A stretch of 64,000 bases of DNA from Eledone cirrhosa (Eukaryota). The DNA lies in contig OZ024742.1 in NCBI GenBank assembly GCA_964016885.1, positions 77,500,001 to 77,564,000 on the forward strand, in the 5' to 3' direction. Of the stretch, positions 1-17,302 are shown piece after piece (positions within the stretch are counted from its first letter, which is position 1; each line of letters starts with the position of its first letter). A model generated the notes under the pieces. The model saw nothing but the letters and a program-made list of their open reading frames with translations. It was not told the DNA's origin and did no database searches. The position numbers were made by a program, and so were the translations under genes.

Positions 1-1262
1 TGTGGAGGCTAGTGTGGTGGCTGGTTTTGACAGTTGCAGGAGGCTTGTTTTGAGATTGTGTGTTAGTGACAGCAAGGATGGTGTTGGGTGATGGCTAAAA
101 TGTTTTTCGGTATCTCTTTTGCCAGGTTCATGGCTAAAAAAGAAAAATGTTCTTGTTCAGCGAGCAGTTTTTGATTGGATTTGTGGTTAAACCAGTGGAT
201 AGGGTTGCAGTTCCTTCATTTGTTGTTGTTGTTGTTGTTGTTGTATTTGCTGTGATTGTGTCTTTGTGAAAAGACTGGGAGCAGCATTACTTTTGTTGTT
301 GTCGTATTTGTTGTTGCAATCGTGTCTTTGTGAAAAGACTGAAGCAGCATTATTGCAGCAGGGGGGGGGGCTTTATTGTGGTTTGGGTGTTGGCATGGAG
401 CCCCTTTTCTGTTCGTGCGTTGTGTCCCAGGTAGATGAGTGAAGGGACAGTCAGTTAGCAGACATAGTCTCTCACGTTGGCAATGTCGGCATATTTTGGG
501 ACTCCGACTTGTGTGCGGGCAGCGTGCTTTGGTGTTGGCTGGCAATGTTAGAGCGTCTAGTACCAGATAAATGGGTAAATATGCAGTCGCTACATGTGCA
601 TTGCCTCTGACGTAGTGAGTAGCGGCATATTTTGGAGTTTCTAGTTTGTGTAGTGGGGGGTGCATACAGCTACATAGATTTTTTTTAAAGTTCTTTTGAC
701 TAAAGCATGACTGTGGTGGTGATGTGGGGGAAAAAAGTGGTGGTGACGATGATGATGCTGACGATGAGGTGGAGGCTGTGAGAGTGGTGTGAGAGAAATC
801 AGTGGTCCATTAATATCAGTTGATGTGGCAGAAGATGTTGACGGTGGTGGTGGTGATGGCGATAATGATGGGAGAGAAAGTGGTTGAGGGATACTGTCGT
901 TCAGTAACTCAGCTATTATACTTGAATTCAATAGTGGTGGCGGTGGTGGTGGCTCTGAGATTCTGGCTGTTGTTGTTGTTGTGGCTGTTGTTGTTGTTGC
1001 TGTTGTTGTGTTTGACCATTGGAGTAAATATGTCGAAGTTTTTTTTAAATGGTTTTGAATTAGTTTGAAAGAGACTTCGACTTGTTTTAGTTTGTTGTGT
1101 ATCTGCCTCGTGGTAAATGTTTGAGCTGTTTTTTCAGCAATCTCATTCAGACACGACGCGTTAATGTGTATTGTTTGTTAGAGAAAATCATCTGTTTATT
1201 AAGAGGTCAATTTCATTATCAGACCAATTTCGTCTGTTGTGGGCTTGCTGGTCAGTAGTCAT
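1..1262 (-). pseudogene. Decayed ORF: N-terminal Myb/SANT-like segment, Thr/Pro/His-rich linker, two CCCH zinc-finger-like motifs (probably transposon-derived)
   Basis: Manual translation from the ATG at 1262 gives MTTDQQAHNRRNWSDNEIDLLINR*...LNEIAEKTAQTFTTRQIHNKLKQVEVSFK. C-x8-C-x4-C-x3-H motifs occur at 571-627 (CRYSLRQRQCTCSDCIFTH) and 435-491 (CRHCQRERLCLLTDCPFTH). Stops and frameshifts lie between the parts. Confidence 0.45.
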
Positions 1263-1460
1263 ATTTGTTTTCCCTTGTGTGTGTTTTTAGATATTTGATA
1301 CCCGATATGTGAGTGTGACTTTAGTTATTTGAGGTTATTAAAAGCTTTTGGTTATTTGGTTGTTTGAAGATATTAAGCGAAAAACGAGTGTATATAATAA
1401 TCTGTAGTTAAGAAAACATACTTACGAGTTTGTAGGAAAAACACGTGGTTAGAAATATAT

Positions 1461-1894
1461 CTATCTATCTAGGGCGAGTAAAATTCCGGAGATCCATGGA
1501 CGAGTTCTCTCCAACGGTCTCTGTCCCTCATTATCGCTGCCATGTCCTGCATCTCCAACAGACCAGTGTCTGTCCTTAGGGCATCAACATACGTTAATCT
1601 TGGTCTTCCTCTTCCAGTGTGTCTATGTAGCGGCTCTCACAGGAGCTCTTCATTGCTGTAGTCGAGTCTGTGCTGCTGTACGGGTCTGAGAAGTGGACAC
1701 TGACCAGGAAACTCACTCAGATGGTGGATGTGTGCTACACGAGAATTCTGAGGATGGCTCTGAACATTAATCAGTATACACTGAGGATGAAAAACTCAGT
1801 CCGTATGGGAGCCTCACAAAAGTCAGCTCAAAATTGACACAGAGGAGACTGAGGTTAGCTGAACATGCTCACCGACATTCAGAGTTGACATTAC
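1461..1894 (-). mobile_element. RTE-clade LINE 3' fragment with 5' inversion
   Basis: Minus 1470-1647 encodes LL*EPLHRHTGRGRPRLTYVDALRTDTGL...DRDRWR followed by a (TAGA)n tail. Plus 1648-1894 encodes ESVLLYGSEKWTLT...CYTRILRMAL...RRLRLAEH (RTE RT C-terminus). Candidate TSD aaatatat at 1453-1460 and 1895-1902. Confidence 0.8.
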
Positions 1895-1989
1895 AAATAT
1901 ATATAAATATATATGTACGGTCAGATAGATTTTAAAGCAATGTAGCTTGCTACTGACTTGGTAGAGAGCAATAAAAACACGTCTGTTCA

Positions 1990-2140
1990 TTTCTACATGG
2001 TGGGTGAAATTATACCAATTTATGTAGAAGCTTGTGTAAGATCAATGGATTCTTATGCAAGTGTGCTCTTATAAATCTTCAGTGGGTGCCCAATAATATT
2101 AATATTAATAACTAAATCAATATCAATATTTAGCGATAAT
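1990..2140 (-). repeat. Partial copy of the long-stem-II hammerhead element family (see 4857 and 6562)
   Basis: gggtgaaattataccaatttatgtagaagcttg...tcttcagtgggtgcccaataata matches 6603-6725. The CUGAAGA half is present but the GAAA half is lost. Confidence 0.7.
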
Positions 2141-2969
2141 CACCATCAGTGCTAGAAGGAACTGTTAGGGTGTAAGTCCACCAGTTCTAAAGAAAATCTC
2201 ACACTGTCCCGGAAATGAGAAGAGGAGGCTGCCGCCAAAAAATAATATACACGCAGGTCATTGAACTCTGACAAGAATTCAAGCCTCGTGCGATGAACTC
2301 AATTGGATATGAAAAAATAAATATATCTCTGCACTGTTTAAGGACACATTGAGATATTTTCTCAGGCAAAATAAGAGATATGAGATACAGGAACAAGCAA
2401 CCAATATTCATATAAAAAATAAACAAAGAGAGTCATACCTTATATCGGGAAAGTTCATGTCTGATGATCCAGATACAATTGAATATATGAGAGGGATGAA
2501 CATATATGAACATATATTCAAAATGAGACGCGCCAGGCAGTGCAGCATGTGCTTTTATATCAACACATAGTTCATTCTTCATAAATCTTTTGAAGTGAAA
2601 GGTATGAATTTCCTAGATACCCGCAGAAGAGCACAGGAATGGTGGCTTTCACTTAATAATTCTTGCGAAACAGATTTTAGATCTGTCCGGGTATCGAAGG
2701 CAGTTGCCAATATAGATTTGTTATTTTTATTGATTTATTACTTTAAATTGAGACAGGCAAACCATATTGTTTTAAATTAGTATTTTTTCACCCAGCTAAC
2801 TTGGTTATTTACAATTCGAACACATGTATACCTCAATCGGTGTTCATCCTTCTCATATATTCAATTGTATTACACGGCTCGGAAAGATTCCCTTCCTTGA
2901 GCTATATATATATATATATAACACATACACACACATGCATATTTACATACACGCATATATATACAGACA

Positions 2970-3036
<67 letters not shown>

Positions 3037-3134
3037 GTAGTGGATTAAAATGAGATATGGATTAAAATGAAATCTATTTAATCTATTTCAATCATATCAT
3101 ACCGTTGTGTGCGTGTGCGTGTGTGTGGGTGTGC

Positions 3135-3166
<32 letters not shown>

Positions 3167-4541
3167 GCTGTAACAAAATACAAAAGCGTGTTGCGAGACT
3201 CTTGCAAATTATTTGGAATTTAAACTAGATGCATTCTATAAAAACATTCAAATCGAAACTAGCCCCGAAGCCTATATCATACAATCGTAAATATGTTTTT
3301 GCATTTTATGCTTAAGGCTAAGCTTAACCATTATAGTTGGTAAAGATTATATTCTCAATTTACTCACTGAAATGATTTCCACGCGGCTTCAAATCCAAAA
3401 TTCTACAACGAATACAGAATTTATCCAGCAGTTGATTATTCCCTATATAAATCTTAACAAACAAGAATAAATGACTAAATAGAACATATTGTAAAGAGAA
3501 ATTTATATAGTGTGACTTCTTGCTTTACTCCTAATATAAAATATATTTTAGGTACGTCTATTCATATTTCTCACCAACCCTAACAGAAATAAACATTTAT
3601 TATATCATATTTAGTTGTTTTTATTAACTTCATATCTTATAACATTAATTTTAATTTAATTGCATTTTGTTCACGTTGTACTCAACATATTGATGTAGTT
3701 GTCTAAAACTCTTCTTCCAGTATAATTAGCATCTAACCATGTATATTTTTCTGCGTGATCTTCTTCTTCTTCTTCTTCTTCTTCTTCTTCAAGCTGTCTT
3801 CGCTTCATTTCTCTCTGACCGTGAAGACTTTGAGTAGCACGTATTTTAGGCCAATAACACTAACCTATAAATTTGATGAAATTTACCTCCACACTTATTT
3901 AGTCAACTTTCGTGAACACCTTTTTTTAATATTAACCTCAATTCATAAACACCGTGTAATAGCTGAGTTCTAATAAATTAGAATTATTTACATTGACTGT
4001 TTTAAATATATGTTTGATTACAAGTATTATATTCTCGGCTTTCAGCTTGTCAGAGAACACTGGGGGGGGGGGGGGGTCGTGTGTGTGCGTGTGTGTGTGT
4101 GCGAGTGTGTAAAAGTTTGTGAATCCTTAACAAACTATCGTTATTTTACCCACTTCGAATTGTGTCTTTCTTCGACAAATGCATATCCTATTTACTCGAT
4201 AAATTAAGATCGATGAAAACAACTTTCAGACGTAAACTTGTAAAGGAATAAGATGATTAAAGGGAATACACGTCTTTGTAATAGGAAATCGAAATACGTC
4301 GAAATTGGCAATACGGGAACCAATAAATGATGTATATATAATAGGATGTTCTCTCCTTCAACTAGTATAATATAAAATTTCGTTTATATATACAAGCACA
4401 GACATACACGTAGAGACAAAGGCACAGATATACACAGGCCCACACACACACAGAGGCACACAGATGTATATAAATATCTTGGTACATATCTAAACAGACC
4501 AGAAGCAATGGTATTATCTGAACTACACTTAATGTTACTGT

Positions 4542-4642
<101 letters not shown>

Positions 4643-4856
4643 AAAAAACTAAGTAACCCGAGTGTATATTATTTTTTTTTCTTCTCGTGTATCGTTGTTG
4701 TCTCCCTTTCCCGCTTCGTGACGCTATTAAACTTCCTCAGTCAAAAGACTGCTGGTATTTCAAATTTGGCGGTCATTCGATGCGTGTGAGAGCAGCTTAG
4801 CAGACACGATTTTGAACTGCGGTAAGAATGTTTTCTTATATCAAAGTTTAATGGGC

Positions 4857-4981
4857 TTCCACTGAAGATTTATAAGTGCCCACCTAAATATATTCTTACA
4901 TGAATATATGTTAGGCTTCTACATAAACTGGAAACATTCTCCCAACTTGTAGAAAACATATAATGAAACAATTGTTTGGAA
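4857..4981 (+). ncRNA. Type I hammerhead ribozyme with ~95-nt branched stem II
   Basis: ttcca CTGAAGA tttata...tataat GAAA caattg TT tggaa. Stem I ttcca/tggaa, palindromic stem III acaattgt, GUU site. Confidence 0.75.
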
Positions 4982-5261
4982 AGAGAGATATATTTTAACT
5001 TTAATTATATCTCATAAAATAATACAACTGGCTTTCCACAAAATACATATAGTTAGCACCCCAAACACTTAAATTGGGTTATACTAACATATAACCTAAT
5101 GTTTGTTGAGTGAGATGGTTACCAGTCGGAGTTTAGCGTTAAGCTATCTCTGTTATTGCATTAAATATATATATATATATATATTTCAAAAACAAATACC
5201 ATGTCGAGTGCTACTTAACCGACATTTGCATTGCTTTATTGTGCTACAATAAAACTCACCT

Positions 5262-5289
<28 letters not shown>

Positions 5290-5299
<10 letters not shown>

Positions 5300-5590
5300 A
5301 TAATACAATATATTAACAAATGGAAAATATATTTATAAAACCATATTTATTTTATTATACATATTTCAAGGGCCACCAAGGCAAATTATGGTGCGCTTTC
5401 ATCAGATAAAATACAATACAGATTAGTTTTATAAATAAATATTGACATACCCTGAAAAAATGCAACCTTAACAGTTGGAGCTTCCTGGATAGTCTTATAT
5501 TTACTCCAATAATTTGTTGAGTGCTTTATATCAGTTATAAAAATATGTTTAGCTTGTTGTATCCCACCAAATTAAATATAAACCTCTGCA
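5290..5590 (-). mobile_element. Solo PLE pseudo-LTR-type element with hammerhead at 5348-5413
   Basis: Reverse complement reads tattttat CTGATGA aagcgcacc...ggtggccctt GAAA tatgtata ataaaata. Homologous to the pLTR at 47850-48089 and to 61185-61445. Flanked by (TA)n. Confidence 0.8.
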
Positions 5591-5618
5591 TATATATATA
5601 TATATATATACAGAAAGA

Positions 5619-5680
<62 letters not shown>

Positions 5681-6063
5681 AGCTCTAACCCGAGTTCAAT
5701 CGGGGAGTAACTACAGTAAGTAAGGTACTCAATACATCGCAGAGTATAAGTATTTAATATAGAAATAGCTTCTACAGGACTAGAAATGATTCATTCGGGA
5801 GAAATCATCAGGAAGCCCGATATATATATTAAAACAACAGACGGTCGGACTGGTGAATTTACTTAAGAATGTTAATTCTGCCAAAGCACTGTACATATTT
5901 TGATGTACCAACGAGAGACAAATGGTTTCTATATGACTAGAAGTGTTTCATTTGTTTGTAATCATAAGGCATTCCTAATGATCTCATTCGAATGAAAAAG
6001 GTCTAGTCTCGTAAAATCCATTTCTATATTAAATTTTAACGATTCCACCCTACTAATATAATC

Positions 6064-6112
<49 letters not shown>

Positions 6113-6210
6113 GCATTTGTTTGTGTGTGTCTGTGTGTGTGTACTAATTATATTAGTAGGGTAGAATCGTTTAAGTTTAATATAAAGTTTTATACATATA
6201 TATATATAAC

Positions 6211-6334
6211 ACAGGAATTGTGGTAAGGAACCAGATGGACCATAACGCACCAGAGTACTCAATACTTAGGGTAGTAGATAGTCCAGAAATAGCCGTCGAA
6301 ACGGCTTGAGCTCTGCCGTCGGGTCATACTTTTA

Positions 6335-6340
<6 letters not shown>
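6211..6340. repeat. Short TA-inserted dispersed repeat (family also at 19978-20058, 26445-26566, 40518-40664, 63300-63472)
   Basis: Shared tgtggtaaggaaccagRtggaccataacgcaccaRagtactcaatactt...gtagtaga, with fold-back ends. Confidence 0.85.
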
Positions 6341-6384
<44 letters not shown>

Positions 6385-6390
<6 letters not shown>

Positions 6391-6725
6391 CAATATCGGA
6401 GAAAGCTTTTTGGCGATACTCCGGCCAAATTCCAACTCACTCAACACACATTAGGAAATAAGTGATTATATTCCCAATTATGTGTTCGGGGTGCTAACTA
6501 AAAGTATTGCGTGGAAAATTGGCTGTATTATTTCAAATGAGACATATCTAATATATCTCTTCCCAGACGGACGTCTCGTTTCATTATAGGATTCCTACAA
6601 TTTGGGTGAAAGTATACCAATTTATGTAGGAGCTTGTATACCATCAAGTGGGCTCCTATAATTCATCAGTGGGTGCCCCAATAATACTAATATTGATAAT
6701 CTAACCAACATCAGCATTTAGCGAT
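6385..6725 (-). mobile_element. TA-inserted element with long-stem-II hammerhead (6562-6673)
   Basis: Reverse complement reads ccca CTGATGA attatagga...tcctataat GAAA cgagacgtccg TC tggg. The downstream ~180 bp matches 4985-5165. Confidence 0.75.
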
Positions 6726-6749
6726 ATATAAATATATATATACAGGATG

Positions 6750-6782
<33 letters not shown>

Positions 6783-6785
<3 letters not shown>

Positions 6786-7650
6786 GATGCGTATATTCGT
6801 TCGTAATTTTCAATTGCTAATTTTATGCAAATTTTTTTACTTCCGTTCTCACTCTTGTCTTCATAAAAACAGTGACTATATTTCCATTATTTGTTTTCAG
6901 AATAATTGATTATGAATAACTTGGAACCTCAAAATTTGTGGAAGAGACACGGAGTTCTTCTTGGAATCCGCGCCGGGAGGACAAATAAGGAAATTTCAGA
7001 CTTTCTCAGCGTCAGCAGGAGAATGGTGTCTCATCCAAAGACGTGCCCAGAGTCATGCAGACAAAGTTTCCAGCGACAACATTGGTCTTAGGTGTCGTCA
7101 CCAGTCAAGGTGACGTCGCGCCACCTCACCTCTTCCCTGAGTGCCTCAAGCTGAACACCGATGGCTACATCCGCGTTCTGGATCGATCAGGTAGCTACAG
7201 GTAGGCCGTACGTGTGGCAGCAAGACTCAGCGCCCTGCCATACCAGCCGAAAGACCCAAGCCTGGCTGTCAGAGAACTTCGTCGACCACACTTCACCTGA
7301 CATCTGGCCTCCCAGCTCGCCTGACTGCAACCCCCTCGACTTCTTTGCGTGGGGCGCAGTGGAACGAGCCACCAACAGATCTAGCTGCAATACGAAAGAC
7401 GATCTGAAGGCCAAGATCACAAGTGCCTTTAAGGGCCTAAGTCGGGGGACAGTGACGAAGGCCTCTAGCCGGTTCCGAGGCCGCCTTGAGGCTGTCATTA
7501 TAGCCAATTGCGGGTTTATCGAGTGAGATCGAAAGAACAAGTCATGAAGACAAACTGACCCAAGTTTGATAAATATATCTTAAAAAATAAAACTACTGTG
7601 TTATTTTTTCCTAGACAATAATCTTGCGAACAAATATCGTCGGCACACTG
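6783..7650 (+). mobile_element. Tc1/mariner DD37D (maT-type) transposon, internally deleted
   Basis: ORF 7161-7526 contains WQQDSAPCH...WPPSSPDCNPLD, with 37 residues between the 2nd and 3rd Asp. N-terminal HTH remnant at 6906-7020. Imperfect TIRs (caggatgcg..atattcgttcgtaa / ttgcgaacaaatatc..gcacactg) flanked by TA. Confidence 0.9.
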
Positions 7651-7729
7651 TATATATATATAGACTTCGTTTCTTTTTTGTCTTGGAAGATGTCTTATCT
7701 GAAAAAATGTGTGTTGGAACAGACGTTAC

Positions 7730-8140
<411 letters not shown>

Positions 8141-9119
8141 GTGTGTTGTGTGTGTGTGTGTGTGTGTGTGTGTCTGTGCGTGTCTGTGCGTGTGTGTGCG
8201 TGTATGTGTATTGATATAACAAATGCCTTCTTCATAGTAATACTCAATAGTACCCCAATCAAATACGATACAATTTTTCCCAATTTTTTATTTTATTTTT
8301 TATAACTATATAATCTGTCTATCTCTAAAATGGAAGGGAAAATAATATCGATTAAGAAGAAATAGCCATGGGAATCCGTTGTCCTTCTTGTATTTTCAAT
8401 GTAAACGTTCTTAGAATTCAATAATAAATCGTCTGCACATGCCAGATAACGATGGAATTACTGTGAACGTTTATTGATTAGAACATGGCTGAAAATTAGA
8501 CACCATAACGATGAAATTATCTCCACAAATTACAGATCTAACAATGAAGTCAGTATGAGCAAATAAAACTACCGGAACAACACTAACGTTACTATCCCGA
8601 AGACTATCGCTATCATCTCGAAGAAAAGAAAAGTAGCGTCTTCACAGTTAAATTTCCCAATATTTAACGATAATCCTTCCACAAAATAAAAATATAAGTC
8701 TTATTGTACTGTTGCTTTGAACAGTTTTTTCAGTAACATTCATCGGAAAATCAACAAATAATACACAAATAAAGAACTATAAGATTACTGCGAACTGTCC
8801 TTGGCTTTGTTTATCCCAATGTCATCTCTAAACACGTGTTACTATAACAGAAGGAAACTCTAGTAAAGACTCTCCAAATATTTATAAGTAGAAACATACA
8901 TATTCCAATGTGATTTATTTCCTGACAGAAGTGTGGGTCCTGCTGTTATTTCTAGTAGGGAAAGTGTTACATATCGAGGATTATTGTTTGTGGTGTATTT
9001 AAGAAATCCCTCGTCTCCTTACAATAAAAGTAGCAATCAATAGATAAGGAAATAAAACATTACGAAACCGACATTTTCTTAAGTTTAAACCCCCAAATGT
9101 GGTAGCTGTAACATCTATT

Positions 9120-9155
9120 GTAGTCATCATCGTCGTCATCGTCGTCGTCGTCATC

Positions 9156-9192
<37 letters not shown>

Positions 9193-9279
9193 CAGCAACA
9201 GTAGTATTAGTGGTGGTGGAGCTCGTGGTCCTAGTAGCAGTACCAACAGCAAGAGTAGTTGTAGTAGTAGAAATAGCAA

Positions 9280-9311
<32 letters not shown>

Positions 9312-9327
9312 ATAGTAGTAGTAGTAC

Positions 9328-9359
<32 letters not shown>

Positions 9360-9428
9360 CTAGTAGTAGTACTAGTAGTAGTAGTAGTAGTTGTTGTTGT
9401 TTTTGTTGTTCTTGTTGGTTGTTGTTGA
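9120..9428. repeat. Compound trinucleotide microsatellite (GTC/GTA/GCA/GTT)
   Basis: Direct inspection. Confidence 0.95.
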
Positions 9429-11612
9429 CCTGCTAACATTTGTTAGGTAAATCATGCTCAATTCACATAGTATTGGAAACAATATGCTCTAAAAATAAAG
9501 AATGATCATAATAGGAAGGTATTTGATAGAAGGTCTGCTTAACCAGGCTCGATCTAAGGCTATACAACCGGAACAAATATCAGCGTACAACAATCTGTCT
9601 TAGAATCAATTAGAAAATCATTTGACCCCCAACAGAGGATCCTGCCTAGTGAAACGATGTTGAGAAAATTGCTCCCTGATTTCTCTAACTTTACAAACAT
9701 ATCGTCTGGAAATGAGGGTGCATTGGATACGTAGTTGTGGATAAGTAGTAAAGTAATGGTTTCCACTATAAAGCCACTGATCATAGATCTGCACTATTAG
9801 GAATAAAGTTTGACTAAACAGCGACAACAACAGTCACAAATCATATATAAACGGAAAACAGAGAATAAATTAAAGATAATAGCCAGAAATGCCCGAATTA
9901 CCAATAATAGTAATACGCAAAGAAAAATGTATTTTCTGAAGTAATGAGCAAACTAACAACAGTTATGGTAGCAGAACAATCAATAGAATTAGCAAGTAAA
10001 CTATCATGATACCATGACAAATAGCAGCAGAAAGAAGGCTACGATTTACAACATGGATACGGAAATCACGTGTAAGTGTTGTATATTGAGTTTTTTCAAA
10101 CGAAGTTCAATATACTATGGCTAAATATAGACACCATTCCTAGTTATGCTAGTCAATGAACAGAGATTAAATGCTATAGCAGTTAATACCATTAAATCAC
10201 AAGTTAACTTGAATCATATAGTTGAATATAGAACTATAAGTCGAAATATTTATTTAGAGAGTTATCCATCATGAGCCCTGATGTTTATTGAACCACATTT
10301 TATCACAGTTTCGCATGACTTAAAATAAGTGCGATTAGAGCCCTTTGCAAGTTGAACTGGTAACCATTATCATCTGATTAGACAGAATCCACAGGAAAAT
10401 GACGTAAGTTGATCTACAACACAAGATGTCTTTCCATAGAGGATCGAGCAGATTATATTAGCAATAAATCTCACACCTCAGTGTGTTCCTTGCTATATAC
10501 AACAGCAGCTGATGTCCATTTCGTTAACACCAATCTGAAGAAACTTTGCAATTAACGCACAATAATTCTACTTTACAAAATAAGGAACTGCATGCAAATT
10601 TGCTGAGGGAAATTTAACCAGTGAGTTTGAAGGTCTCGCACCATTTATCTTCATTATTGCAAGAACGATAATGGTTGATGTTACTAGTACAGATACACTA
10701 TATAGCAAGGAAGGAGTATCTAATTACACCGACCTCTAATTAATTAATTTACTAGTTATCATAGAATCTAGTGTTCAAAGATAAACAGAAATGTGGAATC
10801 CGTGAGATGTGAAATTAGATTATGAAGAGACCTAACAAAATACAGAGATATTTTATTCATACATTCTGCGAATCCTGCCATCAAATATCTAAGCCTCGTA
10901 AATAATAGGAGTGTTTTTATCACATTAAAATGACACAAGTCACATCCCGCTGGATAGATTTGAACTGAGATTGTATAAAGATTAATTTAAAAACTGTTTG
11001 ATATTTAATGTTGCAGTTGCCTCAACTCTAACATCACAGCTGAAGGGGTAATAACAATAACAAAAATGAAATTACAAATAAAATTATACAAATGTTGTTG
11101 AAATAACAGAAGGAATAGCTACAGAATTCAAGTGAAAAACAAACAAAAATGAGAGCATGGAGACGATATCTGAAACCGAGGAAAAAACAAAATTATAGAC
11201 GATAATAACACGAAGAGGAATTGCCTAATCTCTATCGATTCCTTTGTCAACAATCGCCAAAACTCTAATGTAAATGACCGCAAGAATAAATACAATATTT
11301 ATGGCAACACCGAGAGAAAAACATAAAAATTATAAAGAAATTCAGAGCAATAAAATTGATAGGAATGGCAACAACAGCTGTTAATCATAACAATTATAAA
11401 AAGATTACAAAAAAAAAGTAAGCCACAAATATACAAAATAATAGGAAGAAGGGCAACAGCAATTACAATAAAGAAAACAATAACAGTAACAAAGAAATGA
11501 CAGCTGATTACCAACTGCAAGTTGGACCGATGTGGAAAACAATAGCAAATAATAAACATTGAAACAATATCAAGTACAAGCACAAGCATCTATATACCTC
11601 ATTGGTGAAAGG

Positions 11613-11649
<37 letters not shown>

Positions 11650-11825
11650 CAGTAGCAGAAGCAGAAGAAGAAGAAGAAGAAGTAGAGGAAGGTGATGATA
11701 GTGGTGGTCACGATCAATAATAAAAATACTGATGTATACCTAAGTCCTAGTGTAAAGTAAAACAGAAAAATAGCAATGTGATCAAAACCAAATAGATGAT
11801 AATGAGATTAAGAGAAAGAAAGTGA

Positions 11826-11878
<53 letters not shown>

Positions 11879-12289
11879 GTGTGTGTGTAAGATGAATTTA
11901 GACACAGAGAAAGAGGAATCTGGTGCAGATTGGGCAAGGAACATACACCACAATATAATTCGTAATATATATGAAGAAACAGACAATCACATTGTCCGTT
12001 CATATAAAAACGTGACACTAGAGGATTGAAAGGAGATCAGTCTAGAAATCCTTCGCATATTCTTTCCCTTCATATAAGATTATAGCAAGCATAAATTGTG
12101 TTAACAGTGAAATTTGGTCGACCATGTTACTTTTCAAAAAGAACAATCAAAACATATATAAATGTTTCGCATACAAGGAAAAGGATTTACTTACGTAAGT
12201 AAAAAAGTGTATATTTGCATGTACAGGAATACATACACACCCGCGCGCAGACAGATAGATACACAAACATACATCTTACATAAATGTGT

Positions 12290-13204
<915 letters not shown>

Positions 13205-13567
13205 CTTCCACTCGTGTAGGACACCTCGGTTATTTTTCATTTTGTAAAAAAAACCTCACTTTCTAATATATATTAGAATAATAAATGTTCGGTGAATCCA
13301 TACGTGCATATATGTATGTGTGCATGTATGTATATATATATATACATACTACTGTACGTCGGTATACATATATGTATGTACGTGTACATACTTATATTTA
13401 AGTAACAGCCGTACTAAGAGTGGGAAATGAAATATCGTTTCATTTTTTCCGTTTATCGTTTTCGGTGCACCCGGCCGATTAACCCACTCGATATGCATAT
13501 TGGGCTACTCAGCCGTTAATATGCATAAGGTAAGTATATACGTTCAACAATCTGGCAGGAAGGTATA

Positions 13568-13608
13568 CGTTGCTGACGATAGCTAACAAGCTTGAAACTA
13601 GTACAGCG
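13568..13608 (+). ncRNA. Type I hammerhead ribozyme (unit 1)
   Basis: cgttg CTGACGA t-agct-aaca-agct-t GAAA ctag TA cagcg; predicted cleavage after 13603. Confidence 0.85.
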
Positions 13609-13989
13609 TTCCTTTGTCAGTGTTGAACAAACGAGCAACGGTGGTTGCTAGACACTACGGCTTAATACGGGATGTTTGTTTACAAACACACCGAGCATTA
13701 TAATAAATGTTCGGTGAATCCATACGTGCATATATATATGTGTGCATGTATGTATATATATATATACATACTACTGTACGTCGGTATACATATATGTATG
13801 TACGTGTACATACTTATATTTAAGTAACAGCCGTACTAAGAGTGGGAAATGAAATATCGTTTCATTTTTTCCGTTTATCGTTTTCGGTGCACCCGGCCGA
13901 TTAACCCACTCGATATGCATATTGGGCTACTCAGCCGTTAATATGCATAAGGTAAGTATATACGTTCAACAATCTGGCAGGAAGGTATA

Positions 13990-14030
13990 CGTTGCTGACG
14001 ATAGCTAACAAGCTTGAAACTAGTACAGCG
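13990..14030 (+). ncRNA. Type I hammerhead ribozyme (unit 2)
   Basis: Identical to 13568-13608. Confidence 0.85.
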
Positions 14031-14411
14031 TTCCTTTGTCAGTGCTGAACAAACGAGCAACGGTGGTTGCTAGACACTACGGCTTAATACGGGATGTTTG
14101 TTTACAAACACACCGAGCATTATAATAAATGTTCGGTGAATCCATACGTGCATATATATATGTGTGCATGTATGTATATATATATATACATACTACTGTA
14201 CGTCGGTATACATATATGTATGTACGTGTACATACTTATATTTAAGTAACAGCCGTACTAAGAGTGGGAAATGAAATATCGTTTCATTTTTTCCGTTTAT
14301 CGTTTTCGGTGCACCCGGCCGATTAACCCACTCGATATGCATATTGGGCTACTCAGCCGTTAATATGCATAAGGTAAGTATATACGTTCAACAATCTGGC
14401 AGGAAGGTATA

Positions 14412-14452
14412 CGTTGCTGACGATAGCTAACAAGCTTGAAACTAGTACAGCG
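14412..14452 (+). ncRNA. Type I hammerhead ribozyme (unit 3)
   Basis: Identical to 13568-13608. Confidence 0.85.
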
Positions 14453-14658
14453 TTCCTTTGTCAGTGTTGAACAAACGAGCAACGGTGGTTGCTAGACACT
14501 ACGGCTTAATACGGGATGTTTGTTTACAAACACACCGAGCATTATAATAAATGTTCGGTGAATCCATACGTGCATATATATATGTGTGCATGTATGTATA
14601 TATATATATACATACTACTGTACGTCGGTATACATATATGTATGTACGTGTACATACT

Positions 14659-17302
<2,644 letters not shown>

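Noticed and set aside
2457-2540. HHR-like CTGATGA...GAGA cgcgcc
   Set aside because: The GAAA, cleavage triplet and stem I are all imperfect.
5765-5818. Minus-strand CTGATGA with gcttc/gaagc stem I
   Set aside because: No GAAA half-core; at most a relic.
8999-9439. Thr-rich mucin-like ORF
   Set aside because: It is a trinucleotide microsatellite with no supporting exon structure.
9560-10560. Possible host exons (e.g. minus-strand LTKWTSAAVVYSKEHTE near 10477-10534)
   Set aside because: Short, interrupted by stops, with no recognisable domain; cannot be supported without RNA or homology data.
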